DNA from: Solirubrobacterales bacterium
GTDB lineage: Bacteria; Actinomycetota; Thermoleophilia; Solirubrobacterales; JACPNS01
Direction: 5' to 3'
Length of the DNA: 64,000 nucleotides
Assembly: GCA_047605325.1 (NCBI GenBank)
Contig: JASGFX010000008.1
Span: 6,100 to 70,099 of the forward strand
A program made the position numbers and the translations under genes. Below the pieces are notes generated by a model that saw only the letters and a list, made by a program, of their open reading frames with translations, was not told where the DNA came from and did not search any database. Each line of letters begins with the position of its first letter. The stretch's first letter is position 1. This document shows positions 26,908 through 37,398 of this stretch, one piece after another.

Positions 26908-27975
26908 ATGAGCCAAACCCGCGAAGCACCACGCGTAGTCGTGGCGGACGATTCCGCCTTCATGCGCAGGCTGATCTCTGACGTGCTCACGCGCGACGGC
27001 TTCGACGTCGTCGCCGAAGCCGCCAATGGCCGCGAGGCGATCGACGCCTGTCGCCGGCTCTCACCCGACGTTCTCTCGCTCGATCTCGCGATGCCCGAGG
27101 TCGACGGTCTCACCGTGCTGCGACAGCTGCGGCCGAACCGCAATCTCAAGATCGTCGTCGTCTCCTCGTTCTCCGAGCAGGGCGGTGTGCGTGCCGTCGA
27201 CGCGCTGGCCGAGGGGGCGTTTGAGCTCGTGCCCAAGCGCTCGGACGGCGGCAAACTCCAGGATTTCCTCGATGACCTGCTGACCAAGCTGCAGGCAGCG
27301 ATCTATGAGCGCCCTGAGCGCGCGAGCAACGGCCATGAGGGCCCACGCGCGCTGCCGCCGCAGCCGCCGTCCGCGCCGCGTCGCCCGCTGCGACGCGCGA
27401 AGGCGGATCCGTCGGCGAAGAAACTCGTGATGATCGCCTCGTCGACCGGGGGGCCCCGCGCGCTCACACGGGTTGCGGGAAACTTCGGCAGTGAGCTCGG
27501 CGAGGGCCTTGTGATCGTCCAGCACATGCCGGCCGGCTTCACCCGCTCGCTGGCGGCGCGGCTCGACTGCGAAGGCGGCCTCTCGATCGCCGAGGCCGAG
27601 GAGGGCGCAGAGATCGCGTCCGGCCGCGGCTGGGTCGCCCCGGGCGGACGTCACCTGCACATCGAGAAGAAGCGCCTGCGCCTGACCGACGAACCCCCGG
27701 TGACGGGACTGCGCCCGTGCGCCGACATCACGATCACCGATGCCGTCGCGAGCTTCGGCGGCGAGATAGTGCTCGCAGTGCTGACTGGAATGGGCCGCGA
27801 CGCCTGCAAGGGTGCGGCGCTCGTCAAGGAGGCCGGCGGCATCGTGATCGCCGAGCACGGCGACACCACGACGGTCAACGGAATGCCGCGCGCGATCACC
27901 GAGGCCGGCCTTGCCGACGCCGTTCTGCCGATCGACGAGATCGGCCCAGCCCTGAAGGAGGCCGCCGGTGTCTGA
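26908..27975 (+). CDS. cheB: Chemotaxis response regulator protein-glutamate methylesterase CheB
   Basis: REC domain (VVVADDSAFMRRLI...LDLAMPEVDG) plus a methylesterase domain (IASSTGGPRAL...VQHMPAGFT...GMGRDA). Confidence 0.9.
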   Translation: MSQTREAPRVVVADDSAFMRRLISDVLTRDGFDVVAEAANGREAIDACRRLSPDVLSLDLAMPEVDGLTVLRQLRPNRNLKIVVVSSFSEQGGVRAVDALAEGAFELVPKRSDGGKLQDFLDDLLTKLQAAIYERPERASNGHEGPRALPPQPPSAPRRPLRRAKADPSAKKLVMIASSTGGPRALTRVAGNFGSELGEGLVIVQHMPAGFTRSLAARLDCEGGLSIAEAEEGAEIASGRGWVAPGGRHLHIEKKRLRLTDEPPVTGLRPCADITITDAVASFGGEIVLAVLTGMGRDACKGAALVKEAGGIVIAEHGDTTTVNGMPRAITEAGLADAVLPIDEIGPALKEAAGV

Positions 27976-28843
27976 TCGATCTGTGGGAATCGGCGGGCGC
28001 CAGCTCTCGCCGTTGCCCGGACCGGCCGAACAGAAGCCGCTGCCGCCGGGCGACTTCGAACGCTTCTGCCGCGGCGTCAAGGACATGCTCGGCGTCGATC
28101 TCTCGACGTACAAGCGCAAGCAGATGGAGCGCCGCGCCCGCGGGATGGCCACGCGCAGCCATGCCGAGACCCTCACCGAGTACCTGCAGATGCTCAAGGA
28201 CGACCCCGTTCTGCTCGACCGCTTCATGGAACGGATGACGATCACCGTCAGTCAGCTCTGGCGCAACACCGACATCTTCGAGGCGATCGAGCAGATGATC
28301 CTGCCCGAGCTCGACGAGACTGCAGAAGGCCGCAAGCTGAAGCTCTGGTCGGCAGGCTGCTCGTACGGCGCCGAGCCCTACACGCTCGCGTCGATCTGCC
28401 TCGAGATGGGGCGCAAGCTCTCGCAGGTGCCCCAGATCAAGGGCACCGACATCAACCCACGGATGATCGAGCAGGCCAAGCGCGGTCACTTCACCGACGA
28501 GGACGCCCGCGACGCTCCGCCGCGACTGTTGCAGAAATACTTCGACCGCCCCCAGGGCGGCGGTTGGACGGCGAAGCCCGAGCTCAGGGCGATCACCCAA
28601 TTCAAGGTCGAGGATCTGTTCGCGTCGAAGAAGGAGCCTGTGGACCTGATCCTCTTCCGGAACGTCGCCATCCACTTCGAACGCGAGAAACGCGACGAAG
28701 TTCACGGCATCCTCGCGGACGCGCTGCGTCCGGGTGGAATCCTTGTGCTCGGATCGACCGAGATGATCATCGGTCCGGCCGAGATCGGGCTCGAGCGCGT
28801 ACGTCCCTTCGTCTTCCGCAAGTCAGCTCAAGGCGCGGCCTGA
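27968..28843 (+). CDS. cheR: Chemotaxis protein methyltransferase CheR
   Basis: FERFCRGVKDMLGVDLSTYKRKQMERR (CheR N-terminal domain) and a SAM-binding region LWSAGCSYGAEPYTLA...FRNVAIHF. Confidence 0.9.
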   Translation: MSDRSVGIGGRQLSPLPGPAEQKPLPPGDFERFCRGVKDMLGVDLSTYKRKQMERRARGMATRSHAETLTEYLQMLKDDPVLLDRFMERMTITVSQLWRNTDIFEAIEQMILPELDETAEGRKLKLWSAGCSYGAEPYTLASICLEMGRKLSQVPQIKGTDINPRMIEQAKRGHFTDEDARDAPPRLLQKYFDRPQGGGWTAKPELRAITQFKVEDLFASKKEPVDLILFRNVAIHFEREKRDEVHGILADALRPGGILVLGSTEMIIGPAEIGLERVRPFVFRKSAQGAA

Positions 28844-30711
28844 TGGCGATCGACAACTCTGAATACGTCGAACTCTTCCTCGCCGAGGCACGCGAGAACC
28901 TTGAAACGCTGAACAATGCGATCGTCGGCGTCGAGGCCGACCCGGGCGACCGCGCGAATCTCGACGCCGTCTTCCGCGTCGCCCACTCGGTCAAAGGGAT
29001 GGCCGCGACGATGGGCTACGACCAGGTCGCCGGCCTGACCCACGCGATGGAGGATGTCTTCGCGGCGCTGCGTGAACGCGGCGGAGAGATCGAACGCGAG
29101 GCGATCGACACGCTGTTTGCCTGCATGGACTCGCTGTCGGCGATGGTCGACGAGATCGCGGCGGGCGGCGAGAGCAAGACCGATCCGGCACCGCTCGAGG
29201 CCCGGCTGCGCGCGCTGCTCGAGGCGTCGAGCACCGCCAAGAAGCCTGCGCCGCGCAAGCCTGCCGCAAGGAAGCCTGCGGCGGCGAAGAAGCCGGTCGC
29301 CAAGGCGGCTCCCGCCAAGAAGCCCGCTGCTCGCAAGCCGGCCGCCAAATCTGTCGCCGCGAAGAAGCCGGCCGCCGCCAAGAAGCCGGCCGCGACGCGA
29401 AAGCCTGCCGCCAAGAAGCCTGCCGTTCGCAAGCCCGCAGCTGCGAAAGTCCCGACGCCGCCGACACCCGAGCCCGAACGGTCCGCAGAAGCGACTCAGC
29501 ACGATGTCGTCGACGCCGCCGTCCGCGACGCTCAGTCGCGCGCGACCGTGCGCGTCGAAGCCAAGCGCCTCGACACCCTGCTGCACATGATCGGCGAGCT
29601 CGTCGTCCGCCGCTCGGCCGTCGAGCAGCTCGCCGCGGAGAGCGGCGACGGTCGATTGACGGCGGCGGTCGGCGAGATGACCCGCGCCTCGCAGCAGGTC
29701 CAGGACATGGTCATGCGCGTGCGCATGGTCCCGATCGAGATGGCATTCGCCCGTCTGCCCAGACTCGTGCGAGATCTTTCGCACCAACTGGGCAAAGAAG
29801 TCAGCATGGACATCAAGGGCGGCGACACCGAGCTCGACCGCACCGCCGTCGACGCGCTCGTCGAGCCGCTGATGCACATCATCCGAAACGCGATCGACCA
29901 CGGCATCGAGACTCCGGACGTTCGTGAGCGCGCGGGCAAGTCGGCCGAGGGTGAGCTGACGATCTCTGCCCGCCACGAGGGCGGAGAGGTTGTCATCGCG
30001 ATCAGCGACGACGGCGCCGGGATCGATGCGGCGGCGGTGGTCGCCCGAGCCAGGGAGCGCGGCCTGATTGCGCCCGATGCCGAGCTCGAGGGCGATCAGG
30101 CCGTGGAGCTGCTGTTCGCGCCCGGTTTCTCGACTCGTGCGGAGGTCACCGACGTCTCCGGTCGCGGCGTGGGGATGGATGCGGTCAGATCGGCCGTGCG
30201 CGGCTTCGGCGGCGACGTCTCAGTGCGTTCGAAGCTAGGCGAAGGTACGACGACAGAAATGCGTATGCCGCTGACGCTCGCGATCCTTCCGGCGCTCGTC
30301 GTGCGCTCGTCTGGCGATCCGTACGCGTTGCAGCTCGACCGCGTCGATCGCACTTTCAAGCTTGAAGAAGTGAACCTCACGACCACGATGGGCCAGCCGG
30401 TCGTGGTCTTCGACGAGGGCGCGATGCCGGTGGTGAACCTCTCCGAGGCGTTCAACCGCGATCCTGCAGAAGACAGCGCCCAGTTCATGGTCACTGTGCG
30501 CTCTGCCGATAGACAACTAGCCCTTGTGGTGGATGAGATGGTCGGTCGCCGAGAGTTGGTGACGCGTCCTGTGCCCGAGAGAGTGCGCAGGGACTCGCCG
30601 GTTTCCGGCGGCGCGGTGCTTGCCAGCGGCGAGATCGCCTTCATCGTCGACTGCGAGGAGCTGATCCGAAGAACGCTTGTGGAGCCGGCTCGCAGCGGCT
30701 CCCGTCAGTAA
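28843..30711 (+). CDS. cheA: Chemotaxis histidine kinase CheA (P1-Hpt, basic A/K/P-rich linker, P3, P4, P5)
   Basis: Hpt FRVAHSVKGMAATMG; dimerisation/kinase regions (RVEAKRLDTLLHMIGELV, HIIRNAIDHGIE, DDGAGID, GRGVGMDAV); C-terminal CheW-like domain. The start at 28843 gives a TGATG overlap with cheR. The ORF track starts at 28564, inside cheR. Confidence 0.9.
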   Translation: MAIDNSEYVELFLAEARENLETLNNAIVGVEADPGDRANLDAVFRVAHSVKGMAATMGYDQVAGLTHAMEDVFAALRERGGEIEREAIDTLFACMDSLSAMVDEIAAGGESKTDPAPLEARLRALLEASSTAKKPAPRKPAARKPAAAKKPVAKAAPAKKPAARKPAAKSVAAKKPAAAKKPAATRKPAAKKPAVRKPAAAKVPTPPTPEPERSAEATQHDVVDAAVRDAQSRATVRVEAKRLDTLLHMIGELVVRRSAVEQLAAESGDGRLTAAVGEMTRASQQVQDMVMRVRMVPIEMAFARLPRLVRDLSHQLGKEVSMDIKGGDTELDRTAVDALVEPLMHIIRNAIDHGIETPDVRERAGKSAEGELTISARHEGGEVVIAISDDGAGIDAAAVVARARERGLIAPDAELEGDQAVELLFAPGFSTRAEVTDVSGRGVGMDAVRSAVRGFGGDVSVRSKLGEGTTTEMRMPLTLAILPALVVRSSGDPYALQLDRVDRTFKLEEVNLTTTMGQPVVVFDEGAMPVVNLSEAFNRDPAEDSAQFMVTVRSADRQLALVVDEMVGRRELVTRPVPERVRRDSPVSGGAVLASGEIAFIVDCEELIRRTLVEPARSGSRQ

Positions 30712-30728
30712 AGGTCACTCGCCACAAG

Positions 30729-31352
30729 ATGAACATGCTTATGCCACTGGGGGAGCCCGCCCCTCCGATCTCCGAAGAGCAGCAGGCCGCGCTCGGCAAG
30801 GTCGCTGAATCGATCTCCGAGAAGGCCACCGACGCGTTCTCCAAGCTGCTCGGCTCGAAGGTGACGGCGAAGGTCCCCGATCTTGAGGTTCTGCCGCTGA
30901 ACGAGGCCGTCGATCGCCTCGGCTCACCCGGTGATCAGATCACCGCCGCATGGCTGCCCGTCGTTGGCCAGTTGGAGGCGAGCGTGCTGCTGATCTTCGA
31001 TCCCGAGGGCGAGAAGCGCATCTACGACGTACTCGGACTTGAGCAGTACTCCGAGATGGCGCGCAGCGCGCTCCAGGAGATGGCCAACATCATCGGCACG
31101 CAGTATGTCTTCGGCATCGCTGAGTCGTGCGGCCTGACCTTCGAGCCGGAACCACCGGAAGTCTCTGAAGGCATGCTCGGCGCGGTGCTCTCGACCGTCC
31201 TGGCGATGTCCACGGTGGTCACCAACTACGCCGTGCTCGTCGACACGCAGCTGAAGGTCGAGACCGGTGACTGCACGGTGCGCTTCCTATTCATTCCGAG
31301 CGACTCCAGCGTCGAGGCGCTGATCGAGAACATCGGCGGAAGCGACGCATGA
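30729..31352 (+). CDS. cheC: CheC-like CheY-P phosphatase (CheC/CheX/FliY family)
   Basis: One canonical active-site motif S-x3-E-x2-N-x22-P (SALQEMANIIGTQYVFGIAESCGLTFEPEPP). It sits directly upstream of cheD, as in Bacillus-type clusters. Confidence 0.7.
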   Translation: MNMLMPLGEPAPPISEEQQAALGKVAESISEKATDAFSKLLGSKVTAKVPDLEVLPLNEAVDRLGSPGDQITAAWLPVVGQLEASVLLIFDPEGEKRIYDVLGLEQYSEMARSALQEMANIIGTQYVFGIAESCGLTFEPEPPEVSEGMLGAVLSTVLAMSTVVTNYAVLVDTQLKVETGDCTVRFLFIPSDSSVEALIENIGGSDA

Positions 31353-31975
31353 CCGGCCCCGCCGGATCCTCGGCGGTCAACCTGATTCCCGTGCGAATGG
31401 GTGAGATGACCGTCTCGCGCGACACGGGTGATGTGATCTCCGTCGTCGGACTCGGATCGTGTGTCGCGATCGTCCTCGTCGCGCCGTTGCAGCGCGCAGT
31501 CGGGCTTGCGCACGTCGTGTTGCCCGAATCTTCGATGACGGGCGGCCGCGAGGCCCCGGCCGGCAAGTTCGCCGACACCGCCGTGCCGGCGATGCTGAAG
31601 GCGTTGAAGGGTTATGGCGTCGAGGCGAAGGACACCTACGCGATCCTCGTCGGCGGATCAACGATGTTCGGCAGCACGCACTCGAGCAAGCTCGCGAAGG
31701 TCGGTGATCGCAATATCGAAGCCGCGCGTCGCGAACTCGCTCGCGCCGGCATCGGCATCGCGTCCGACGACGTCGGTGGCACGATCGGGCGCAGTGTCAA
31801 CGTGCCGGTGGAAGATCTCGAGGTTCACGTCCGCAGCGGCGCCGGCGACTGGGGAGTTTTGCCCGGGTCGAAACGTCCACTTGCCGTAAAGGTCTCGGAC
31901 ATCCCGGCCGATCTTGAACAAGAACCGTTTCCGGAGGACATCTGGAACTCGGACCCGGTCCAAACCACTCCGTAG
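31349..31975 (+). CDS. cheD: Chemoreceptor glutamine deamidase CheD
   Basis: VVGLGSCVAIVLVAP...GLAHVVLPES with the catalytic Cys/His context. ATGA overlap with cheC. Confidence 0.85.
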   Translation: MTGPAGSSAVNLIPVRMGEMTVSRDTGDVISVVGLGSCVAIVLVAPLQRAVGLAHVVLPESSMTGGREAPAGKFADTAVPAMLKALKGYGVEAKDTYAILVGGSTMFGSTHSSKLAKVGDRNIEAARRELARAGIGIASDDVGGTIGRSVNVPVEDLEVHVRSGAGDWGVLPGSKRPLAVKVSDIPADLEQEPFPEDIWNSDPVQTTP

Positions 31976-31991
31976 GAAGCTCCGACTCTCG

Positions 31992-32354
31992 ATGGCACGA
32001 ATTCTGATCGCAGACGACTCGATGTTCATGCGCAAGCGCCTGAACGACATCCTCACCGGCGAAGGCCACGAGGTGGTCGCCGAAGCCGAGGACGGCAACG
32101 AGGCGATCAATCTTTACGGATCGCTCCAGCCCGAGCTCGTGATGCTCGACATCACGATGCCCGAGCGCAACGGTATGGGCGCCCTGAACCACATCATGGC
32201 CACCAGCCCCGAAGCACGCGTGATCATGTGCAGCGCGCTCGGTGAGGAGACCGTGGTGCAGGAGTGCATCGACACTGGCGCCAAGGCCTTCGTGGTCAAG
32301 CCGTTCGACCCGGAAGAAGTCGTGTCGGCCGTCGGCGAAGCGCTCGCGGCCTGA
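31992..32354 (+). CDS. cheY: Chemotaxis response regulator CheY
   Basis: Single REC domain: [17 protein letters not shown]...[10 protein letters not shown]...AKAFVVKPF. Confidence 0.9.
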   Translation: MARILIADDSMFMRKRLNDILTGEGHEVVAEAEDGNEAINLYGSLQPELVMLDITMPERNGMGALNHIMATSPEARVIMCSALGEETVVQECIDTGAKAFVVKPFDPEEVVSAVGEALAA

Positions 32355-32442
32355 GTTCTTCGCAGGTAGGGGCTTGAGCGCTGCCCCCGAATCATCAAGT
32401 ACGTGGCCAGAGGCCGGCGACGGCCGTCCACGTTCAACTGCG

Positions 32443-33882
32443 ATGACTCAGCCCAATACACGCAAGTCGCAACAGTCCAGAGCGCAGCGGCTGCTTCCGC
32501 AATGGTTTCTCGACCTCGACGCCGCCAGGAAGCCATACGTGATCGTAGGTCTGGTGCTTGTCGGGATCGTCCCGCTGCTGGCGCTCGCGATCAATGCGGG
32601 CGCGGATCTGAAGAACGACACCGAGGCTCTCAACGAATTGCTCTCGCGTTCGCACCCCAACCCCGAGGCGCTGCAGGCCGCTGCCGAGACGATCCACAAC
32701 GACTGGGTTCGCTACGCGATCGGCATGATCGGCGCCGCCGTCTGGGCACTCGTGATCGCGGTCGGCGGCGCTCGCGTGACTGCCCATGTCGCGCATCTCT
32801 GGGTCAGGGATCTCACTGACTCCGCCCGCCGCATCGCTGCCGGCGACCTTTCGATCGCGATCGAGCGGGACAACGGCAGTCAGGTCGGCGACATCCAGGA
32901 GTCGATGGGCAAGATGATCGCCTCTTTCCGGGCGACCGTCACCCGCATTGAGCGCGCGGCATCCGAGCTGACCGAGGCGGCCGGCGAGATGGCCGAGACA
33001 TCCGAGAACTCCGGCCGCGCGATCGGAGAAGTCGCACAGTCGATCAGCGCGATCAGTGAAGGCGCCGCGCATCAAGTCTCACTGATCACCGACGCGTCGG
33101 GCGTGGTGGGGGAGATCGAACGCTCGGTCGTCGAGGCCGCGCGCAACGCCTCGGCTTCACAGCAGGAGAGCGCGCAGACGCAGCAGCTGACCGAGATCGG
33201 CGTCGAGCGCGCCACCGAGATCCAGTTGGCGATGCAGACTGTTCGCGACGCGACACATTCGACCGTGGAGATGGTGCGGTCGCTCAGCGAGACTTCCGCC
33301 GACATCGACGAGATCGTCCGTGCGATCACCGGGATCGCCGGCCAGACCAACCTCCTCGCGCTCAACGCCGCGATCGAGGCCGCACGCGCCGGCGAACAGG
33401 GCCGCGGTTTCGCGGTCGTCGCCGAAGAGGTGCGCAAGCTCGCCGAGGATTCCGAACGTTCGGCCTCTGGGATCGCTGAGCTGATCGACGCGATCCAGCT
33501 GCAGACCGAACAGGCTGTCGCAGCGATGGAGGAGGGGATGGGCACGGTCGATCGCGGCTTCGACGCCGTCTCGCGCAATCGCCAGCTCTTCTTCGACATC
33601 AGCGGCGCGGTGCGGCTCTTCCACGAGAGCTCCGTGGAGATCGCGCAGCTCTCGAGCACGATCGCGGGGGACGCCGGCCGCGTACGCGAGCGCATCGAAG
33701 AGGTCGCGTCCGTCGCGCAGGAATCGAGCGCATCGACCGAGCAGGTGTCGGCCTCGACCCAGCAGACTTCCGCCTCGTCGCAGGAGCTCACTGCCGCGGC
33801 CCAGCGCGTCTCGCAGACCGCTGTGGCGTTGAAGGAGCTCGCAGCGCGCTTCTCGACCGACAACAACGGGAGTGCGGCATGA
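32443..33882 (+). CDS. Methyl-accepting chemotaxis protein (type-A N-terminus)
   Basis: 2 TM plus HAMP plus a signalling domain with the highly conserved hairpin [36 protein letters not shown] chose the ATG at 32443 (MTQPNT). Confidence 0.9.
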   Translation: MTQPNTRKSQQSRAQRLLPQWFLDLDAARKPYVIVGLVLVGIVPLLALAINAGADLKNDTEALNELLSRSHPNPEALQAAAETIHNDWVRYAIGMIGAAVWALVIAVGGARVTAHVAHLWVRDLTDSARRIAAGDLSIAIERDNGSQVGDIQESMGKMIASFRATVTRIERAASELTEAAGEMAETSENSGRAIGEVAQSISAISEGAAHQVSLITDASGVVGEIERSVVEAARNASASQQESAQTQQLTEIGVERATEIQLAMQTVRDATHSTVEMVRSLSETSADIDEIVRAITGIAGQTNLLALNAAIEAARAGEQGRGFAVVAEEVRKLAEDSERSASGIAELIDAIQLQTEQAVAAMEEGMGTVDRGFDAVSRNRQLFFDISGAVRLFHESSVEIAQLSSTIAGDAGRVRERIEEVASVAQESSASTEQVSASTQQTSASSQELTAAAQRVSQTAVALKELAARFSTDNNGSAA

Positions 33883-35288
33883 TCCGCTGGATGCAGTCGG
33901 TGCCGCTCAAGCGCGCCTACTCGGTCTCGACGCTTTTCTACACGCTGCCGATCCTGCTGCTGGCGCTGCTGCTGACGCTCGTCGCGCACTGGACGGTCAG
34001 CGACGCAAACGACGCCGTCGCCGTCGCCGCCGAGGGCGGACGTCACGCCTCGATCTCGTTCACCGACTTCGCGCTCGAGTTTGCGGCGATCGTGTTGATC
34101 GTCGCGCTGGTCGGCGGGATCATCACCAAGCTGATGCTGACGAATGTGCTGATGCGCGAGACCTACAAGCTCGTTGACGCCACGCGCGCGGCAGCCGGCG
34201 GTGACCTCCGACCGGACATCGAGGTGACGCTCGCCAATGAGTACGGCCAGCTCCAGGATTCCGTGCGCGGGCTGTTCGGCGCCTTCCGCACCGCGGTGAC
34301 GCGGATCGACGCGGCGGCGCTCGAAATGCGCGCGGCAAGTGGTGAAATGACCCACACTTCTGACGAATCCGGCCGCGCGATCGGCGAGGTCGCCGTGGCC
34401 GTCGGGGCAATCAGCGAGGGCGCGGCCCACCAGTCGACACTCGTCACCGATGTCTCCGACGTGATGGCTGAGATCGAGCATGCGATCAACGACGCGGCCG
34501 AACACGCCAACGAGGCCCAGCGCCAGAGCGCCGACACCGAGCGGCTCGCCGAGAGTGGCGTGCAGGCGGCGTCCGACGTGCTCGAGGCGATGGAGACCGT
34601 GCGCACCGAGTCGCTCGCGACCGCCGCGGTGATCCGCGAGCTCGGCGAGAAGTCGCAGAGCATCGACCAGATCGTCGGCGCGATCACCGAGATCGCCCAG
34701 CAGACAAACATGCTTGCGCTCAACGCCGCGATCGAGGCGGCCCGTGCCGGCGAAGCCGGCCGCGGCTTCGGAAATGTTGCGGGTGAAGTCCGCGCACTGG
34801 CCGACGACGCGCAGAACTCCGCAGACCAGATCGACCGGCTCGTCGGTCAGATCCAGAACCAGACCGGTGCGGCGGTGCAGGCGATGGAAGAGGCCGTGAT
34901 CGCCGTCGAGGCCGGCTTCGCCACGATCGACTCCAATCGCGCGACGTTCTTCGACATCGGCACGGCGGTGCACAACCTGCACGAGAGCGCGGGCGAGGTC
35001 AGTGAGCTGGCCGCCGGAATCGCGCTTGGTGCGAGCCAGGTGCGCAAGCAGATCGAGGAGGTGGCGGCGGTCGCTGAGGAATCCTCGGCCTCGACCGAAG
35101 AGGTCTCGGCCGCCACCGAAGAGACTTCCGCCGGAGCGCACGAGGTTTCGGAAGCCGCGCAGCGCGTCGCCCAGACGGCCTACAACCTGTCGGAGCTGGC
35201 CGGACGATTCCAGCTGCCCGACGGCACAGCCGCATCCGGCGGTTCAACTCCTCCGGACGACGGGCCGATAGGAGATCTCAGGGACTGA
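33879..35288 (+). CDS. Methyl-accepting chemotaxis protein (type-B N-terminus)
   Basis: ATGA overlap with the preceding mcp. Signalling hairpin: [35 protein letters not shown]. Confidence 0.9.
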   Translation: MIRWMQSVPLKRAYSVSTLFYTLPILLLALLLTLVAHWTVSDANDAVAVAAEGGRHASISFTDFALEFAAIVLIVALVGGIITKLMLTNVLMRETYKLVDATRAAAGGDLRPDIEVTLANEYGQLQDSVRGLFGAFRTAVTRIDAAALEMRAASGEMTHTSDESGRAIGEVAVAVGAISEGAAHQSTLVTDVSDVMAEIEHAINDAAEHANEAQRQSADTERLAESGVQAASDVLEAMETVRTESLATAAVIRELGEKSQSIDQIVGAITEIAQQTNMLALNAAIEAARAGEAGRGFGNVAGEVRALADDAQNSADQIDRLVGQIQNQTGAAVQAMEEAVIAVEAGFATIDSNRATFFDIGTAVHNLHESAGEVSELAAGIALGASQVRKQIEEVAAVAEESSASTEEVSAATEETSAGAHEVSEAAQRVAQTAYNLSELAGRFQLPDGTAASGGSTPPDDGPIGDLRD

Positions 35289-35294
35289 TCATCG

Positions 35295-35774
35295 ATGAAC
35301 TCCGCTGAGACCACAGTCACGCGCCAACTGGTTGTCTTCCGCCTCGGCAACGAGGAGTATGCGCTGCCGATCCAGACAGTGCAGGAAGTGATCCGTTTCC
35401 AACACCCGCGCACCGTGTCGAGCTCCGACGCGTCGTTGCTGGGTGTGATCAACCTGCGGGGCCGCATCGTGCCGGTTCACGATGTGCGCCCCCAGCTCAA
35501 CATCAAGCACGATCCGCTGCCGGAAGGCCCCTCCGGCACAGAGGATGACGACTCCGACTCCGAGAAGATCGTGCTCGTCAACATCGACGAGCGGATGGCC
35601 GGAGTGGTGGTCGACGATGTTTCCGAGGTCCTCACGGTCGAGGCCGAGGAGTTCGAGGATCTGCCGGCTGCGGGCGGCCCGATCGTCGATGGCGTCGTGA
35701 AGGCGGGCGACCGTCTGATCATCCTGCTTGAGCCCCGAGCGCTGACTGATCTCGCCGACGGCGAAACTGCCTGA
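35295..35774 (+). CDS. cheW: Chemotaxis coupling protein CheW
   Basis: QLVVFRLGNEEYALPIQTVQEVIRF...GVINLRGRIVPV...VVDDVSEVL. Confidence 0.9.
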   Translation: MNSAETTVTRQLVVFRLGNEEYALPIQTVQEVIRFQHPRTVSSSDASLLGVINLRGRIVPVHDVRPQLNIKHDPLPEGPSGTEDDDSDSEKIVLVNIDERMAGVVVDDVSEVLTVEAEEFEDLPAAGGPIVDGVVKAGDRLIILLEPRALTDLADGETA

Positions 35775-35886
35775 GCGGTCAGTTACTACGAAATTTTGAT
35801 TACCGCACTTATGGGATGGGCGCGGGCGGCCGACATCACCTGTAGGCCGGGCGCGACGGCAGACGGAGAGCGCCGGCCGGGACAAG

Positions 35887-37398
35887 ATGCACACACAATA
35901 TTCAAGCTCAGACGAGCTGCGCGCGGCGCGGCTCTTCCCCCAATGGTTCAAAGATCTTGACGCCAAGCTCAAGCCTGTCGTTTCCGCGCTGGTGCTGCTC
36001 GCGGTGGCGGCTCCGGTCGTCGTCTACACGGTCATTCAGTGGCGCCGCGCCTCGGACGTCAGCGCGCAGATCGGCGCACTGCTTGCCGATGGAGGCAAGA
36101 GCGCCCAGCTCGCGGAGCTGACGCACCAGTTCGAGCACTACAACACGCACGCGATGCTTGGCATCATGGTCAGCGGCCTGATCGCCGCGATCGGTGCGAT
36201 GTGGATCGCCTACGCGACTTCGAAGCTCGCAGCCGTCTGGTTGACTTCGCTCGCCGACCGCGTCGGGCGCGCAGCCGACGGGGACCTCACGACCGAGATC
36301 GTTCGCGACAACAAGAGCCAGATCGGCGACGTGCAGGAAGCTCTGGGCAAGATGATCGGCAGCTTCAACGCCACCGTCGCGCGAATAGACCGCGCCGCCG
36401 AGGATCTGCGCGAGGCCTCCTCCGAGATGAGCGGGATCACCGACGAGGCCGGGCACGCGGTCGGAGAGGTTGCCCACTCGGTGGCGATCATCAGCATCGG
36501 CGCCGGCAATCAGGTCGAACTGATCGCCGAGACTTCCGCCGAGGTCGGGGCGATCGAGATCGCCGTGAGCGATGCCGCCCGCCACGCTGAGCGCGTCAGC
36601 GAGCAGAGCCTCGCCACCGTCGCGCTCACTGAAGAGGGCGTCAGGCGCGCCGCCGAGATCGAGGACGCGATCGGGCACGTGCGTGACACGGGCATGGCGA
36701 TGGCCAAGCTGATCCACGAGCTCGGTGAGAAGTCGACTGACATCGACCTGATCGTCGGGTCGATCGCTGACATCGCCGAGCAGACGAATCTTCTCGCGCT
36801 CAACGCCGCGATCGAGGCTGCCCGCGCCGGCGAACAGGGCCGTGGTTTCGCGGTCGTCGCCGAAGAGGTGCGCAAGCTCGCCGAGGAGGCCCAGGTCCGC
36901 GCGGACGAGATCGCCGGCATGACCGACGGAATTCGCGAGAACACGGAGCGCGCGATCGGTGCCGTCAAGGACGGATCGCCGACTGTGATCGACAGTCTCA
37001 AGGCGGTCGGTGAGAACCGCAAGGCGTTCGCCGAGATCAGCGGCGCAGCGGCAGCCCTCAACGATGCGACCGAGAAGATCGCGACGCTGGCCGCCACGAT
37101 CGCGAACGATGCTTCGCAGGTGCGCGCCGAGATCGAAGACATCGCGTCTGTCGCCGAGGAGTCTTCCGCGTCGACCGAGCAGGTCAGCGCTGCGACCGAG
37201 GAATCCTCAGCGTCGGCCGAGGAGGTCACCGCTTCTGCCGGCCGGGTCGCGGCCACGGCCGGCGATCTGGCGCGCATGGTCACCGAGTTCAAACTTGCGC
37301 CGTCGAGTGATCCGAAGGTGCGCAGGCTGGTGCCGCGCTCGGAGCGCGACGCTCCGGAAGCCGAGAGCGACAGCCGCGCGAAGGAGCTGCGCGCATGA
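35887..37398 (+). CDS. Methyl-accepting chemotaxis protein (type-A N-terminus, paralog of 32443..33882)
   Basis: Shares the N-terminal motif [16 protein letters not shown] and the signalling hairpin [35 protein letters not shown]. Confidence 0.9.
   Translation: MHTQYSSSDELRAARLFPQWFKDLDAKLKPVVSALVLLAVAAPVVVYTVIQWRRASDVSAQIGALLADGGKSAQLAELTHQFEHYNTHAMLGIMVSGLIAAIGAMWIAYATSKLAAVWLTSLADRVGRAADGDLTTEIVRDNKSQIGDVQEALGKMIGSFNATVARIDRAAEDLREASSEMSGITDEAGHAVGEVAHSVAIISIGAGNQVELIAETSAEVGAIEIAVSDAARHAERVSEQSLATVALTEEGVRRAAEIEDAIGHVRDTGMAMAKLIHELGEKSTDIDLIVGSIADIAEQTNLLALNAAIEAARAGEQGRGFAVVAEEVRKLAEEAQVRADEIAGMTDGIRENTERAIGAVKDGSPTVIDSLKAVGENRKAFAEISGAAAALNDATEKIATLAATIANDASQVRAEIEDIASVAEESSASTEQVSAATEESSASAEEVTASAGRVAATAGDLARMVTEFKLAPSSDPKVRRLVPRSERDAPEAESDSRAKELRA

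Noticed and set aside
28564-28842. N-terminal extensions offered by the ORF track for several genes: cheA (28564), mcp (32242), cheY (31914), bioD (to 54450), ACAD (to 63417), the BCCP-like protein (to 57334), the MFS gene (to 14125), the CDF gene (to 23261) and rubredoxin (18851).
   Set aside because: The extensions overlap upstream genes or regulatory sites and are Arg/Pro-rich. In-frame ATG/GTG codons exist that give canonical N-termini, stop/start overlaps (ATGA, TGATG, GTGA) or a Shine-Dalgarno sequence.
33347-36885. Near-identical roughly 100-nt stretches in mcp genes (33347..33450 versus 36781..36885) as a possible dispersed noncoding repeat.
   Set aside because: They are the coding sequence of the universally conserved MCP signalling hairpin in two paralogs. 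This is explained by paralogy or gene conversion, not by a separate element.
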